From positions 1 to 42,216 of the IMG/VR virus record IMGVR_UViG_3300045988_121331: a DNA stretch of 42,216 nucleotides, one strand, 5' to 3'. The stretch is from a virus. Both the position numbers and the translations under genes were made by a program. Shown one piece after another: positions 18,826 through 26,352 of this stretch. The first letter of the stretch is position 1, and the number at the start of each line of letters is the position of its first letter. Below the pieces are notes generated by a model. That model saw nothing but the letters and a program-made list of their open reading frames with translations, was not told where the DNA came from and made no database searches.

Positions 18826-18855
18826 ATTATAGCACCCCGCCCCCGCGCTTGTCAA
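18826..18855 (-). promoter_or_regulatory. promoter TTGACA-18-TATAAT (TGc extended -10)
   Basis: The minus strand reads TTGACAagcgcgggggcggggtgcTATAAT, upstream of ORF 18494-18781. Confidence 0.6.
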
Positions 18856-18936
18856 CCTTTGCATAAATTCTGCATTTTTATTCATTTTCTACGCATAAAC
18901 CAGTAAAAAAACAACTTTGTGAATTTTTAAAATTTT

Positions 18937-19006
18937 GGGGGGTAACCCGACCTCCGGCTGCCCGGTCCGGGATAGGGTTCGGGGTGGGTTTTGCCCCGGG
19001 AACGCC
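18937..19006. other. GC-rich island (about 70 bp) in AT-rich non-coding DNA
   Basis: Sequence is GGGGGGTAACCCGACCTCCGGCTGCCCGGTCCGGGATAGGGTTCGGGGTGGGTTTTGCCCCGGGAACGCC. It contains the palindrome CCCGG-T-CCGGG and no ORF. Confidence 0.6.
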
Positions 19007-19073
19007 TACAAATAAAGCGTTTTCACGTTACAAATACGAACGATTAAGAAACAAAAACATATTTTTAACACGA

Positions 19074-19105
19074 TTTAGCACTTTAGCGCTTTAGCACTTT
19101 AGCAT
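19074..19105. repeat. four tandem 8-bp repeats TTTAGC(A/G)(C/T)
   Basis: Reads tttagcac tttagcgc tttagcac tttagcat head-to-tail, 65 bp from the GC island. Confidence 0.8.
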
Positions 19106-19388
19106 AATGAAGGTGACAGCCTTACTTTTCTATTTAATTATCATTACATTTTAATTATATATATGTATATGCCTATAATATAAGTATGTGCAGTGTATGA
19201 GTATATTATAATATAGTCTTGTGCTTATATGTATAGGCTTATACAGACAATAACGATATAATAACACGGTGCAGGGCTTAAGGCTACTACAGAACACGCA
19301 AGGGCGTATATAATATTGGTGGTATACTCTGCATATTATGAATAAATAGGCATATTAAAATATTTTATTTTAAAATTAAAAATTTTAC

Positions 19389-19417
19389 TTGACAAATATA
19401 TTTATATTTGATATAAT
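19389..19417 (+). promoter_or_regulatory. promoter TTGACA-17-TATAAT (TGa extended -10) for the plus-strand operon
   Basis: Reads TTGACAaatatatttatatttgaTATAAT, preceded by phased A/T tracts. Confidence 0.75.
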
Positions 19418-19449
19418 AAAGACAACGAAAGGAAAGGAGAAAAAACAAG

Positions 19450-19566
19450 ATGAAAACAGAAGATATTAAAAAGCTGCTGCATTTGGTTATTGAACTTTTG
19501 AAACGGTGTAAAACCGTCGACGAAGCTATAAAAGCAATATGCAACGCTTACGACATCCACGAATAA
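19450..19566 (+). CDS. 38-aa leader ORF
   Basis: Encodes MKTEDIKKLLHLVIELLKRCKTVDEAIKAICNAYDIHE, with a GGAAAGGAG RBS. It is followed by two GC-rich hairpins. Confidence 0.35.
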   Translation: MKTEDIKKLLHLVIELLKRCKTVDEAIKAICNAYDIHE

Positions 19567-19640
19567 CAAACGCCGAGCCGGGCGGCATAACCCGGCAGCC
19601 TTCGGGCTTGTTGATAAAATAATTAAAAGAGGCTTTCAAA

Positions 19641-19874
19641 ATGGAAAGATACACACAAAAACAATTAAAAAATCTTGTAAACACTGGCGCGGCTGTTGAT
19701 ATTACCCGCGGAAACAACGAAACCCGCGAACAAATAATTAATGAAGAAGGATATTATACCCAAATAGGATATAGCGCGGGCGTTTATGGTTGTAATGGTA
19801 TGTTGTTAAAAGGTCATAAAACGGGCAAATTATACGCAGTTACAAGCAACACAAGCGCAATATATATATTTTAA
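19641..19874 (+). CDS. hypothetical protein (77 aa)
   Basis: AAGAGG RBS. Conserved-looking C-terminus (GYSAGVYGCNGMLLKGHKTGKLYAVTSNTSAIYIF). No family identified. Confidence 0.55.
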   Translation: MERYTQKQLKNLVNTGAAVDITRGNNETREQIINEEGYYTQIGYSAGVYGCNGMLLKGHKTGKLYAVTSNTSAIYIF

Positions 19875-19976
19875 TTAGCAGAGTGGCGGCGGCTTTGGCT
19901 GCCGTTAATGCGGCAGGGCATACGGTCACAAGCCCCGAAAGCCCGAAAGCATATATTTTATGTTGAGGTGTAAAAA

Positions 19977-20369
19977 ATGAAAACAAACAATAAAAAAGCA
20001 CGCGAGAACATACGCAAATATATTATTGCAAACTTTACCCCGGAGGGCTACACGGACAACCCGCCGCAAGAGTTCCCCAAAATAGCCCGCTTTATTCTTT
20101 CCACTTTCAGAAATGAAAAATACAACACCCCGGAAGACTTCCGCTATTATAGGAATAACGAGCTTGCAGCTTTCGCGGCTTGGTGCGCGGGGCTTTGCGG
20201 TGTTCTTGATACTTGTTATTTTTATAACCGTTCCGCCGTTGATGACCTCGGCACAATTCTTGAAGAAACAGAGGAAGAAAAAACGCGTTATACAGAAGAA
20301 CAAGCCGAAAACACATTAACATTTTTAATTTATCGCGAGTTAATAAAAGGGGCTGCGGATAATGTATAA
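19977..20369 (+). CDS. hypothetical protein (130 aa)
   Basis: GAGGTG RBS. Overlaps the FtsK-like gene by 8 nt, suggesting translational coupling. Confidence 0.6.
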   Translation: MKTNNKKARENIRKYIIANFTPEGYTDNPPQEFPKIARFILSTFRNEKYNTPEDFRYYRNNELAAFAAWCAGLCGVLDTCYFYNRSAVDDLGTILEETEEEKTRYTEEQAENTLTFLIYRELIKGAADNV

Positions 20370-21354
20370 CGGCGAACAATTAGCGCAGGCGCTGACCGTT
20401 TTCGGTCTGCCCTGCGTTTTTAAAGAAACGAAACAAACCCCACGCAACACCATATATTATTTTGATTTTACCGACTGGGGCAAAGTCACAGCGGGCAGGC
20501 GTAAAGCAGCGCTTGACCGCCTTTCACTATATGCCAAACATCAATTTAATTATATTGATAGTAATATATCACATTTCGCAATATATCACGCTGAAAACAA
20601 TTATAATATTGTCCCGCTTTTCGGGCTTGCCTTGCCTGCTGATGATACTTATAAATTCATAGCGGGCATAAACGAGGACGGCGAACAAGTCAACATTTCA
20701 TTAGATGAAATGACACACGCACTTATTGCAGGTACTACCGGCAGCGGTAAAAGCGTATTTTTAAAAAGCCTTTTATATTCTTTATTAACTACCAATAGCC
20801 CGAATAAGATAAAATGTGCTATTATAGATAAAAAGCGCAGTTTAAATTATTGGAGCAGGGCGGCGCACTGTCTCAGAGTGGCAAACGATGATATTTCGGC
20901 AATAGCTTTATTAAATACTTTTCAAAAAGAAATGTATAACCGATATGAAGAATTACAGCGCCGAGGGCTTGAAAAAAATATCGGGCTGTTTCCTAAGTGG
21001 GTATTGATAATTGATGAGCTGGCGGATTTAATGCTAACTGACCGCAAAACAGAAATTGAAAACAAGCTTGTTTCGCTTTGTCAGCTCGGGCGCGCTGCCG
21101 GTATTCATTGTGTGCTGTGCACCCAGTCGCCCCGCGTTGCTGTTGTCAGTGGTTTAATTCAGGCGAACACCCCGACAAAGATTATATTTAAAACAGCGAA
21201 CACGCGGGAAAGTGTATTGTGTTTAGGTCATTCGGGAGCGGAAAAGCTGCTCGGAAATGGTGACTGCCTTATAAAATTGCCCGACAGAGTAAAAGATATT
21301 AGAGTACAAGCGCCGTTTGCAAGTGATGAAGACTTTAGAAACTGTATAGAATAG
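20362..21354 (+). CDS. FtsK/SpoIIIE-family DNA-translocase-like ATPase (alpha+beta domains, no gamma domain)
   Basis: Walker A (GTTGSGKSVFLKSLL), Walker B (WVLIIDELADL) and the arginine-finger region (CTQSPRVAVVSG). No membrane anchor and no C-terminal winged helix. Confidence 0.85.
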   Translation: MYNGEQLAQALTVFGLPCVFKETKQTPRNTIYYFDFTDWGKVTAGRRKAALDRLSLYAKHQFNYIDSNISHFAIYHAENNYNIVPLFGLALPADDTYKFIAGINEDGEQVNISLDEMTHALIAGTTGSGKSVFLKSLLYSLLTTNSPNKIKCAIIDKKRSLNYWSRAAHCLRVANDDISAIALLNTFQKEMYNRYEELQRRGLEKNIGLFPKWVLIIDELADLMLTDRKTEIENKLVSLCQLGRAAGIHCVLCTQSPRVAVVSGLIQANTPTKIIFKTANTRESVLCLGHSGAEKLLGNGDCLIKLPDRVKDIRVQAPFASDEDFRNCIE

Positions 21355-21365
21355 AGGTATAAAAA

Positions 21366-21482
21366 ATGATTTTTAGTGTTTTAGCTTATATTTTAATAGT
21401 CGGTATTGGCTGTATATTCTTTGAGTGTACGAAAACAGGGCAGAAAATAGCCGATAAAATCTATAAGAAAATAATAAAATAA
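21366..21482 (+). CDS. 38-aa single-TM peptide
   Basis: Encodes MIFSVLAYILIVGIGCIFFE..., with an AGAGGT RBS 7 nt upstream. It is the last ORF before the terminator. Confidence 0.35.
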   Translation: MIFSVLAYILIVGIGCIFFECTKTGQKIADKIYKKIIK

Positions 21483-21490
21483 TGCTTTTG

Positions 21491-21520
21491 ACCGTCCGCA
21501 GCTTGTGGGCGGTTCTTTTT
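21491..21520 (+). terminator. intrinsic terminator of the plus-strand operon
   Basis: Stem accgtcc/gggcggt (7 bp including one G:U) followed by TCTTTTT. Confidence 0.55.
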
Positions 21521-21644
21521 ATGCCTGTTTAAAACTATGCTCTAAAATGCCCTGTATTGCGTTTTAATGTTTACTTTAGTATTTATATTCCGAAATAATA
21601 AAAAAGCTGTACAGCCCCAAAAGAAACGATATTTTTAATATTCT

Positions 21645-21689
21645 AAAGCAAAAAGAAACTGCCGAAAGTGTTTTTAAACTCTCGACAGT
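21645..21689 (-). terminator. intrinsic terminator after the island minus-strand operon
   Basis: 12-bp stem (ACUGUCGAGAGU/ACUUUCGGCAGU, two G:U pairs) starting 5 nt after the stop at 21695, followed by UUCUUUU. Confidence 0.6.
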
Positions 21690-21694
21690 CTTTT

Positions 21695-22165
21695 TTATTG
21701 TTCCGATGTGGCTTGTAGTTCGGCTTGCAACCGCTCAAATACTGCTTGCCGGCTGATATGGTGTCTTCTTGCTATTTCCGATATATCGCCCCATATCGCT
21801 TTACCCTCTCTACGCATAAGAGCGGCTTTCTTTATTTCCTCGCATAGTTCCGCTTTCGGCGGTCGTGTTTTAATATTACAATAGGCATTTAAAGTATATC
21901 TCACATTATATCGGGATATATTTAATTTATGGGCTATCATATCCACATTATGCAGTCCACTTTCCCACAAGGCTTTTATTTGCTCCTTGTTGGCTGTGCC
22001 GTCATCGCTTACCGCTCTGCCTCGCCTTATTGTTCCGCCGTTTGCCTTTATTGTATTGACAACATAATATCGTGATAGCCCTACAATATCGGCGGTTCTT
22101 GCCACTGTATAGCCCTTATAATGGCATATCATAATATCGTCTATTTGGCTTTGCTTTAATTTCAT
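21695..22165 (-). CDS. DNA-binding protein with three tandem HTH units
   Basis: Three repeats of the pattern xIxxxxxxGxxxxxIAxxLxISRxxV (resolvase / sigma region-4-like). ATGA overlap with the upstream gene. Confidence 0.6.
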   Translation of the reverse strand: MKLKQSQIDDIMICHYKGYTVARTADIVGLSRYYVVNTIKANGGTIRRGRAVSDDGTANKEQIKALWESGLHNVDMIAHKLNISRYNVRYTLNAYCNIKTRPPKAELCEEIKKAALMRREGKAIWGDISEIARRHHISRQAVFERLQAELQATSEQ

Positions 22166-22404
22166 TCGGTCATTACTCCCGTTGGGTCTTCAAGCCAGTA
22201 AACGCCTATAACCGTATTTCGCCCATATCGGGTTTTAACTACTTCATCACGGCGTTTTATTATATATCCCTTGTTGCGTAAATGGTATATAATTCCGCTT
22301 AACCTTGTCGCGCCGTAGAGTTCTATTGCCTGCATTGAGGTTAATTCTCTGCCTGATAATAAATGCTCTAATATGGCTTTTGTTTGCGTGTTGTCGTGTA
22401 TCAT
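22162..22404 (-). CDS. winged-helix DNA-binding protein (HTH_39-like)
   Basis: 80 aa with ILEHLLSGRELTSMQAIELYGATRLSGIIYHLRNKGYII, the pattern of small wHTH proteins. Confidence 0.6.
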   Translation of the reverse strand: MIHDNTQTKAILEHLLSGRELTSMQAIELYGATRLSGIIYHLRNKGYIIKRRDEVVKTRYGRNTVIGVYWLEDPTGVMTE

Positions 22405-22418
22405 AATTTTACTCCTTT

Positions 22419-23114
22419 TTATAAAATTTTTAATTGTTGCATTTGATTTTGAAGCCTATCATTAGCTAATTTATAATAATGCTTGCTTAATTCAAAACCA
22501 ACAAATTCAAAGCCTTCGTCATAACACGCTACAAGGCTTGAAGCGCTCCCGGCGTGTGTATCTAAAATCTTATCGCCTTGTTGAGCATATTTACCTAACA
22601 ACCACTTATAAAGCGCCACTGGCTTTTGTGTGGGGTGTATGCGTATTTCTTTATTTCTCATATCTTCTTGTAACATACCGTTCCATTTAAACCTAAAAAT
22701 TCTTACTGCAGTTTTGAAAGAAGTCCATGCAAGTTCACAGTCAGCAAAATCAGTATCGCCATTGCGTTTATCCCACACTATCCAGCAATGGCTATCAATG
22801 GGGATACGACTAATAAAATGATTAGCCCCCCATATAATTTGATTTTTAGAAACTCTCATAAGTTCGTCAAAATATTCTTTTTCGGGGGGGTTAATATCAT
22901 CACCGGCAAAACTTTCATAACTTTTAGCATAACATTTGGCGTTGCTTTTACTTTGCAAAAATCCTATCCTTTTTCCTCGAGATTTCGCTTTGTCCCCATT
23001 TTCACCTATGCCATACGGCGGGTCAACAATAGCTAAATCAAAATATTTATCGGGGAATTGTTTCATTCCGTCCATACAATCCATATTGTAGAGTTTGTTA
23101 AGCTCTAACATCAT
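22419..23114 (-). CDS. DNA methyltransferase, N6-adenine/N4-cytosine beta class (DPPY)
   Basis: Motif IV (IVDPPYGIG) lies N-terminal to motif I (ILDTHAGSASSLVAC). ATGA overlap with the recombinase stop. Confidence 0.85.
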   Translation of the reverse strand: MMLELNKLYNMDCMDGMKQFPDKYFDLAIVDPPYGIGENGDKAKSRGKRIGFLQSKSNAKCYAKSYESFAGDDINPPEKEYFDELMRVSKNQIIWGANHFISRIPIDSHCWIVWDKRNGDTDFADCELAWTSFKTAVRIFRFKWNGMLQEDMRNKEIRIHPTQKPVALYKWLLGKYAQQGDKILDTHAGSASSLVACYDEGFEFVGFELSKHYYKLANDRLQNQMQQLKIL

Positions 23115-23710
23115 TCTACCCCCTTTAATATTCTGCTTACCGTAGCTATGCTTATATTTAATATATCGGCTATGTCTCTATAACTCTTATGCTCGGATTT
23201 TAAGTCAAACACTTGTTGCCGAATTTCGTCTGATATTGTTTTCGGTCTGCCGAGTGTAACACCCTGCTGTTTTTTTCTTTGCAACGCGTTGGATGTATTA
23301 TAACCTATTTGTCTTTTCAAAAATTCGTCTTGTATAAAGAATTGAGATATAGTCATCCAAGTATACGGGTTCATTTTTTCCCCGCCCTCTAATGTTATAC
23401 CATTGCTCAAAAACTTTACGGTGGCTTTTTTCTGTTGCGTTATTAAATCAAGCATTTCAAAGCAATCGATATAATTTCTGCCAAAGCGTGATGTTTCAGT
23501 AAGGCAAACAATGTCTGTTGGTTCGAGACATTCAAGCATTTTGTTAAACTGTTCACGCTGATTACCTTTAACGCCACCGCTGATATGTTCCTCAAAAATC
23601 ATATCAAACTCATATCCGCTATTTTCAAGCAAATACATCTGTCGCTCATAATCTTGTTTCGCTGATTTTTCGGTTGTAGATACTCTACAATAAGCTATTA
23701 CTTTGCACAT
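23111..23710 (-). CDS. small serine recombinase (resolvase/invertase type)
   Basis: 199 aa with the N-terminal catalytic motif (AYCRVSTTEKS), SRFGRN, and a C-terminal HTH (SYRDIADILNISIATVSRIL). Confidence 0.9.
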   Translation of the reverse strand: MCKVIAYCRVSTTEKSAKQDYERQMYLLENSGYEFDMIFEEHISGGVKGNQREQFNKMLECLEPTDIVCLTETSRFGRNYIDCFEMLDLITQQKKATVKFLSNGITLEGGEKMNPYTWMTISQFFIQDEFLKRQIGYNTSNALQRKKQQGVTLGRPKTISDEIRQQVFDLKSEHKSYRDIADILNISIATVSRILKGVE

Positions 23711-23776
23711 TCTTATTTTCCTTTCTTACGGTATAAATAAAAGCCTATAATATATTACTTTTCTAACCGCAATTAT

Positions 23777-23805
23777 ATTATAAGCCTTTATGTAACATTT
23801 GTCAA
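23777..23805 (-). promoter_or_regulatory. promoter TTGACA-17-TATAAT for the recombinase operon
   Basis: The minus strand reads TTGACAaatgttacataaaggctTATAAT. Confidence 0.7.
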
Positions 23806-23821
23806 GCAAAATGTTTAATCT

Positions 23822-23992
23822 TTAAATAATTATTTCCAATAGGAAATAGGCAAAGGCAAAATCAACCATTGCTTGCGATAGAAAAAATGCCGTAATATAA
23901 GCGGGTGCTTTGGTTTTAACGCCCATTACAGATAATGCCAAACCCATAATGCCTATTGTTATTCCGAATATAGCTAATATTGTTTTAAGCAT
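23822..23992 (-). CDS. 56-aa two-TM membrane protein
   Basis: The ATG lies 1 nt after the terS stop. Encodes MLKTILAIFGITIGIMGLALSV... Below the ORF-track size cutoff. Confidence 0.4.
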   Translation of the reverse strand: MLKTILAIFGITIGIMGLALSVMGVKTKAPAYITAFFLSQAMVDFAFAYFLLEIII

Positions 23993-23993
23993 T

Positions 23994-24635
23994 TTATTCC
24001 CCTTTCTTGTCTAACAGAGCTTTCATATTTGCCAATTCTTTCAATTCATATCGGAATTGCCCCTCGTTTAATGCGTCACTTGCCTTATCGAGTATACTTT
24101 CCGCGTCACCTATTTGTACCAATTCGTGACCGTAGCCGCCCTTGCTCTTTAGCCGCAGTTTGCTTGTTGACTCTTTCTGTTGACCTTGTTCGGCTGCCGA
24201 AAGAGTGAAGTTTATTAAATCAGCTTCAATATCACCGCATACTTGTTTGACATTATCGGTCGCATTGTTGCGTAAATGCTCAAACGCTGATACACTTATC
24301 CTTGCAAATGCCAAAAATTCAAGTTTATTCGGCGTATATGATATAGCCATATTTACATATGCCATAAGTGATAGATAAGCATTATAGATATTATAAATAT
24401 CGTCTGCCGACAGTTTAAGGGCAATATCATTTGTGACCGTGCGTTCCTGTCGGAGTATTTCACCAAGTTTTACTCTTACACGGTATTCAAGAGTATCAGC
24501 TAAATACTTTTCGCCTTGCCTTGATTTATTCACAATATCCGAACGGCATATCTCAATAAATTCTTCAAGCTGTGACTTTATTGTTTCAACTTTAGCTTGA
24601 TATTTTGTTAATATTTCATTATCCATATTATTCAC
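23994..24635 (-). CDS. putative terminase small subunit
   Basis: The segment YTPNKLEFLAFARISVSAFEHL plus the C-terminal KLRLKSKGGYG resembles small-terminase patterns. It follows an ArpU-like gene. No search was done. Confidence 0.45.
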   Translation of the reverse strand: MNNMDNEILTKYQAKVETIKSQLEEFIEICRSDIVNKSRQGEKYLADTLEYRVRVKLGEILRQERTVTNDIALKLSADDIYNIYNAYLSLMAYVNMAISYTPNKLEFLAFARISVSAFEHLRNNATDNVKQVCGDIEADLINFTLSAAEQGQQKESTSKLRLKSKGGYGHELVQIGDAESILDKASDALNEGQFRYELKELANMKALLDKKGE

Positions 24636-25092
24636 CTACTAACTGCACATACTGTCCATAGCTTAAATAAGTGCCGTGCAATTTATTATATTCCGCTCGT
24701 TCTTTTTCTATCATTTGCAAAGACTTAAAAGCCTTACCTTTAGCTTTCTTTGCGCGCGTAGGACGTGCAGATTTATATAATTCCAATTGTGCGAGGTCGC
24801 GCCTTTTCCGCGCGTCCTCTTTGCATATCGGGCATTTACGGTTATTGTTGTTAGTATAAAATTCCCTGCCGCAATCGTTACACGGTTTATGCTTTATATT
24901 ATCCTCTATTAACTTATTTATAACTGCTATATCACTTACTACTATTACGGCGCTATATCCTAAACTGTCGCATATTTCGTTTATTGACATATCCTTTGCA
25001 TAATAAAGCCGTGTAATGGTTCTTTGCCGTGCGCTCTTTACTAAGTCTAATAGCCGTGATATCCCGCTATCGTCTATAATTGCCTTTTCCAT
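24628..25092 (-). CDS. sigma region-4/ArpU-like HTH plus zinc-ribbon protein (candidate late-gene regulator)
   Basis: Contains RLYYAKDMSINEICDSLGYS (HTH) and CNDC...CPIC. It occupies the position immediately upstream of terS, as RinA/ArpU-type activators do. Confidence 0.5.
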   Translation of the reverse strand: MEKAIIDDSGISRLLDLVKSARQRTITRLYYAKDMSINEICDSLGYSAVIVVSDIAVINKLIEDNIKHKPCNDCGREFYTNNNNRKCPICKEDARKRRDLAQLELYKSARPTRAKKAKGKAFKSLQMIEKERAEYNKLHGTYLSYGQYVQLVGE

Positions 25093-25397
25093 TATTTTAA
25101 TAACACCTCCACATCAATTCCGCTTTCTTTAAGTTTTTGTTCGCATAACCACCAAGTGCAATCCTCGCCCATTTCGTATTTGTCTTCAAGGTCAATCTGC
25201 ATTTTCTTTAGCTTATCAGCGAATTTTTCTAACCGTTCCTGCCCGAAACCATAATCAAAACGGAGAATGTATAATATCTGTGCCGCAACTTGATGATTAT
25301 AACGGCTCAACAATTCGTTAAATTCTTTTACACATTCAGCCCTTAATGCTTTTCTCTGTGCGCTTGTGGGATATTCTTTATTTAACCTTACTTTCAT
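25092..25397 (-). CDS. hypothetical protein
   Basis: 101-aa ORF, tightly packed in the operon. Confidence 0.5.
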   Translation of the reverse strand: MKVRLNKEYPTSAQRKALRAECVKEFNELLSRYNHQVAAQILYILRFDYGFGQERLEKFADKLKKMQIDLEDKYEMGEDCTWWLCEQKLKESGIDVEVLLK

Positions 25398-25665
25398 TTT
25401 CCCTTAACCCTTTCCAATCAATCTTTTTACCGCAATATGGGCAATAGTCGAAACGCTGTAAATTTGTGCTTTTTCTCTTGTTAAAATAATCATATATCGG
25501 CTTCGGCGGCAAAATGCCTATGTCCGTATATTTTTTTGAATATTCATACAAAGATTTTTCTCGTTCGATTTTTTCTATCACTTCATACGCTGTTACTATT
25601 TCTGTATTTTCATAATCATTCCATATTCCTATCACACATTCGTGCATTGCTCTACCTCGCTTCAT
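25378..25665 (-). CDS. hypothetical protein with C-terminal zinc ribbon
   Basis: 95 aa with a CPYCGKK motif. ATGA overlap with the upstream small ORF. Confidence 0.5.
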   Translation of the reverse strand: MKRGRAMHECVIGIWNDYENTEIVTAYEVIEKIEREKSLYEYSKKYTDIGILPPKPIYDYFNKRKSTNLQRFDYCPYCGKKIDWKGLRENESKVK

Positions 25666-25835
25666 TTTTTCCTCGCTCCCTTACGCTTTTTGTTAAAATT
25701 ATAAAATTTAGGTGTGCTATATTTTGTCTCTCGCGGACAGTGTTTAAGTCGTTCGTCAATCTCGTTTGATTTTGCCGCCGCCTTTTCAAAGTGTTCAAGC
25801 ATTTTTAAATCAAAATATTCAATTATCACTTTCAT
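25662..25835 (-). CDS. hypothetical 57-aa protein
   Basis: Encodes MKVIIEYFDLKMLEHFEKAAAK..., with an ATGA overlap to the next gene. Below the track cutoff. Confidence 0.4.
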   Translation of the reverse strand: MKVIIEYFDLKMLEHFEKAAAKSNEIDERLKHCPRETKYSTPKFYNFNKKRKGARKK

Positions 25836-25980
25836 TTACCCCTTTCTTTTCCTCCTTTGGCTTCGGTTAATATACCGTTTCGCCCATTTAATCCATTTGG
25901 CGGAGACACAGTAAATATTTCGATGTCTCAAACGGTCTTGGACGGAAGCTTCTTTATTTTTCAGCCTCGTATGTGCGGAT

Positions 25981-26352
25981 TTATTCACTTTTCATCTCCT
26001 CCAATGCTTTCTCTGCTTCTTTATAAGTGAGATAAAAAATATCAAATGATCTTTCAAAATTATGACCGTTATCACATACATATAGGTCTTTGATTCCCTT
26101 ACCGTCTATGATAATTTCCTTTACTATTGCAGGCTTTATTAAATTATTACCTATTCCTGTAATATACCAAACCTTATCTCCCACCTTACACGGCAAATGC
26201 ACCCATTCGGAACGGTCGGTGAAATCTTCACAACCGCTATCGGCATACATTTCACCGTCAAAATCATATAATGCTATGTTGTCGCAACCTTTTGCTGTAT
26301 AATAGGTGCCCTTACACGCTTCATAATGCAAGCAATCAATACATTTACTCAT
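25981..26352 (-). CDS. hypothetical Cys-rich protein
   Basis: 123 aa with an N-terminal CIDCLHYEAC cluster. Confidence 0.55.
   Translation of the reverse strand: MSKCIDCLHYEACKGTYYTAKGCDNIALYDFDGEMYADSGCEDFTDRSEWVHLPCKVGDKVWYITGIGNNLIKPAIVKEIIIDGKGIKDLYVCDNGHNFERSFDIFYLTYKEAEKALEEMKSE

Noticed and set aside
18937-19006. The GC-rich island considered as a tRNA or tmRNA gene.
   Set aside because: I could not fold a cloverleaf on either strand. There is no GTTCGAATC-type T-loop with a 5-bp stem and no matching acceptor stem.
19169-19180. 12-mer GCCTATAATATA shared between 19169 and 23746, considered as possible island boundary repeats.
   Set aside because: Dozens of 12-mer coincidences are expected by chance in a 42-kb AT-rich sequence. 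The flanks diverge immediately, and the positions do not bracket the island cleanly.
21521-21560. ATGCC(C)TGT motifs repeated downstream of the plus-operon terminator, considered as a recombinase site.
   Set aside because: There are only two short imperfect copies and no dyad symmetry. This is insufficient to call a res or hix site.
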